A DNA stretch of 64,000 nucleotides from Amoebidium appalachense (Eukaryota; Protista; Ichthyosporea): NCBI GenBank assembly GCA_963693365.1, contig CAVNZM010000009.1, positions 3,164,231-3,228,230 on the forward strand, given 5' to 3'. Made by a program: the position numbers and the translations under genes. Shown piece after piece: positions 59,991 to 64,000 of this stretch (positions within the stretch are counted from its first letter, which is position 1; the number at the start of each line of letters is the position of its first letter). The notes under the pieces are model-generated. The model was not told the origin of the DNA. It saw nothing but the letters and a program-made list of their open reading frames with translations, and ran no database searches.

Positions 59991-60437
59991 TACGTAATTG
60001 CAATGCAGCCAAAGTTGTACCGTTGTGTGTTTCACGGTTGTGTCCCGGGGTTGGTTTTGTATTTCCTATGTGTCGTAAAGTTATCCACGAGAAAGAGAAC
60101 TATTAGACACACATTTTTTAGAGTCGGTGGTTCCACAACCCTTCTCCCTTATCGCAACACCCCTTGCCATACTACACACACACACTCTCTCTCTCTCTCC
60201 TCTTTCCCCCTCCCCTTCCCCCCCCTCTCTCTCCCCCTTCCTCCCTCTCCCTCTCTCTCTTTCACCCCCAGCCTTCTTTCCTCCTCTACTCACTTCCCGG
60301 CCTGATGATCCTACAGACGTGTTCACTCTTGTTACTTTTGTTGCTTTCGATTTCCTGCCCTCTCCTTCATTTTACCAAGCCTCCTCCTGGGTTCTTGTCA
60401 CTCATACCACTTTTTTCTTTGCCCTGACTGTCATGTA

Positions 60438-60480
<43 letters not shown>

Positions 60481-60832
60481 CTCCCTCCTTTCCCGCCCAC
60501 CCCTCTCTCCCCCTCTCTGTCTGTCACACACAGACACACACACACACACACACAAGCACACGTGCACACACACGCATACACGCACACACACGCGCACAAA
60601 CGCACAATCAAACGAACAAATTCGCACACACACACACACACACACACATCTCTCTTTCTCTCTCCGTCGTTCTCTCTCTCTTTCTCTCTCCGTCTCTCAC
60701 TCTCTCTGTCTCTCTCTCCCACTCTCCCTTCCTCCCTCCCTCCCTCCCTCCCTCCCTTTCTCTCTCTCTTCCTCCCTCCCTCCCTCCCTCCCTCCCTCCC
60801 TCCCTCCCTCTCCTTCCCTCCCTCACTCCCCC

Positions 60833-60876
<44 letters not shown>

Positions 60877-61029
60877 CCCCCCCCCCCCCCTCTTCTCCCC
60901 CTCTCTCTCCCTCCCCCTCTCTCTCTATCCCTCTCTCTCTCCCTCCCCCCCCCCCCCCTTCTCTCTCTGTCTCTCTCTCTCTCTCTGTGTGTGTGTTTCT
61001 GAAATATTTCCCTCTCTCTCCCTCTCTCT

Positions 61030-61080
<51 letters not shown>

Positions 61081-62133
61081 ACACCACACACACGAACGTA
61101 CGAACGCACACATGTACACAGACATACATATGTATATCCTTAAACATATCAACTTCATAAAAGAATCTATAATAATACAGAAGCTCGCATACGTATATAC
61201 CCGAATTCGGGACAGCAGGCACGGCATCATATGTCATCATATATAGGCACGTCAATTCATAATTCGTCAATCCACAGACACGCATGCACACGCGCAATCT
61301 CGCACAAAAATGCACCCGGTAGAACCAAGTGCACAGACATTGTCCATAGGCCCATCGATATCCCGTTTAAGTTTCCGTTCGCCTTTATGATTGTTCTCTC
61401 GATCTAGCCTTGCTCATGACGGCCCCTTCCTACCAAATCATCCTCGCCCTCACTCCTCCCTCAGCCTTCTCTCTCCGTTCTACTATCGAATCACTCTCGC
61501 TCCCTCCCTTTCTCGTTTGAAGACTCTACGGCACCTATGACATCTCTTTACTAAAATGTCGTGATCACCGTACTCTCTCATGCTTATCCCCCCCCCTCCC
61601 CCCTCCCCCCCTCCCCCCCCCCCCCCTCCCCCCCCCCCCCGCCTCCACCCCCGATCCCCCCTCCACCCTTCCATCCATCTCCTCTCCCACTCCTCGAACC
61701 CAAATGGATACAGTATACAGTAATTATAGAGGTTACCGTAGCAGGTTATAAATGATTCTGTTTTTTGCTGAATAATTCTCCTAAATTTAAAGGCGAAGTA
61801 ATTCTGCTAAAGGCAGAGTGGTCCTGCTCAAAGCAGAACAATTCTGCTTTTTGCAGAATAATTCTGCATTTTGCAGAATAATTCCGTTCGAAAGCGTGTG
61901 ATAGACAGAGCCCAAAATTGCACACGATCGATTTGTGTGGTTGCCTTGTTTGTTTTGACTAATCGTTTTCCCGCATTTTCTTCTTTTTGGTTGAAAAATG
62001 TTGCTTTTGAATAGAGGTTTTTTGAATTCGAAGCTTACGTTGGGTCATAAATCGGGTTGGTTTTTGGTCATGTACCGCACGCACCACACACTCACACCGT
62101 TACACACACAAACACACACACACACACACACAC

Positions 62134-62210
<77 letters not shown>

Positions 62211-62400
62211 AACAAAAACACACACCCACACGTGTGCACGCGCGCACGCACACACATACTGTGACTGGCTACACAGACAACATTTACTGTATTAACCACC
62301 ACTTGACACATGCCATGCCACAGACATGTACCCCGCCCCCCCCCCCCCCCCCCCCCCCCCCCCGGCCTCTAGTCTACCCCCACTTGCACGCACACCTTCC

Positions 62401-62431
<31 letters not shown>

Positions 62432-64000
62432 TTCAGTCTACCCCCACTTGCACGCACACCTTCCAACCCCCCCCAAGAATCTGATGGGGGGAGGGGGGCG
62501 TCATGACATATGTGCGGAGGATGCCGTGCATTCAGCCTGCATAACACCCATTTTCTTTCCGCATGTAAGCTGTCAGAGAGTGGGCAGGCTAATAATTGCA
62601 TGTATATGGCGACACACATGCATGTAGTATGTAAATTTTCAAAAACTTGGATGCGGACTCCGAGGCACATACTGAAACAAACCAAGTGATTGTTGAATTA
62701 CCTTCTTTTAAATTCTGTTTTGAAGCTGTTGTGTTATGTATTGGGGCTTGTGGGCTTTTTATGATCATCAAAGACAGGTTCAGAAACTTTGGCTTGGTGT
62801 TGTAATTACGAAACCACGCTGGTGTTTTTGACCTACAGCTCGCTGATATGTACATTCTTGTTGCTGTTGTTAGCGCAGGCACGCGCGCACACACACAAAA
62901 ATAAACACACGTGTCACACGTGTCACACAAGCGCACACACGCACACACGCATGCACGCACGCACGCATGGCCGCACACACGCACGCGCGCGCGCGCACCC
63001 ACACACACACACGCACGCACGCGCGCGCGCGCACACACACACACGACACATTGGCCTTTTTCGTCCGTTAAGCTAATAACGAATTCGAAGAAAAGGGTTC
63101 CGTTTGGTCTTTCAATAACTGCAAGCAGCACTAATGTGTAGTAGCCTACTAATAGGCATCGTGTCCCTTCGGAATCCTCCTCCCCCCCCCCCCCCTCCTC
63201 CTCGCGCCCCCCCCCCTCCCCCCCCCCCCCGCCCCCCCCCCTCCCTCCCCCGGCTCCCCCCCCCCCCTCCCCCCAAACGGCCCCCTTGAGGCCCCTCCCC
63301 TCGGGCCCTCCAACAGGTCTTGGCATTGCTGTTACGCATCCTTTCCGGTCATCATGTTCCCGGCACCTATAGCTCCCTCACTTGAATTGCTCGTTTGCTT
63401 CCGATGCTTTGCTGGACGGTTTAGCGCATGTGAGGTCAAATGCTTCTGTAGTTTACCCACACATGATTATCTCGTATTGCAGCAGGAAACGGATGCTTTC
63501 CCACCTACGCACGATCCAGATGTTTTATGGAGGACAAAAATAAGATCCAACAAAACGAAGCTCGGTACCCTGCTATTCACTCCTGATTCGCTGAATAGTT
63601 GTTAAATGTTAATCCCCTGGATTCTGCAGATGGCGGAAAGGCAGATCTGCTGTCAACTGTTCTGAAGGAAAAGTACTCGGTAAGTGAAACGTATGTTAAC
63701 AATGGCGCTCGTGTGAAGAATCGATGCCCCATCCCATCTCTCTGCGTGTCTATTTCAGCTTGCTTGACCATCATATGATGGAACCTGGTACAATGTGGTG
63801 GAAGATTCACACGTGTATGTATTCTTGACATGGTTCTTTACAAAGAGCAAAAACGGCAAAATATTGCAAGGATACCTCATCTGTACCCACATCCAACCGA
63901 TCGTGAGCAACTAAGAAAGGATGTTCTAAGTTCCCCTAGGCCTTTTCTCCCCTAAGGCTTCTGCACCTGTAATGTATATGCATCCTGGCGCCACTCTTCC

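Noticed and set aside
63316-64000. Coding-like unique sequence at the window end
   Set aside because: Stops in the frames examined and no recognisable motif; possibly a decayed TE.

Overview
Intron-rich eukaryotic genomic DNA, probably from a unicellular opisthokont or protist; the taxon cannot be fixed from the sequence. Introns and intergenic DNA are saturated with poly(C)/poly(G), (CA)n/(GT)n and (GA)n tracts, so most ORF-track entries are spurious. Manual splicing recovers five spliced genes: the 3' part of a CUSTOS-like gene (+); two tandem 11-exon paralogs encoding secreted triple-DOMON proteins (-), one with a 2-nt frameshift and the other with a probable GC-AG intron; an LCAT/lysosomal phospholipase A2-like gene (+, 7 exons); and an FkbM-family methyltransferase (-, 5 exons). 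There is also an intronless secreted, furin-site-containing prepropeptide-like gene (-) and a decayed multi-TM pseudogene. Mobile DNA includes a 5'-truncated non-LTR RT element with a poly(A) tail joined through (GA)n to a Ty1/copia fragment, further LINE relics, MITEs, palindromes and a dispersed intronic repeat with degenerate hammerhead-like motifs. The most notable signals are the prohormone-like precursor, the tri-DOMON pair, and a splice-site architecture built from microsatellites: acceptors are often (CA)nCAG with no polypyrimidine tract, and the pre-mRNA strand is poly(C)-biased.
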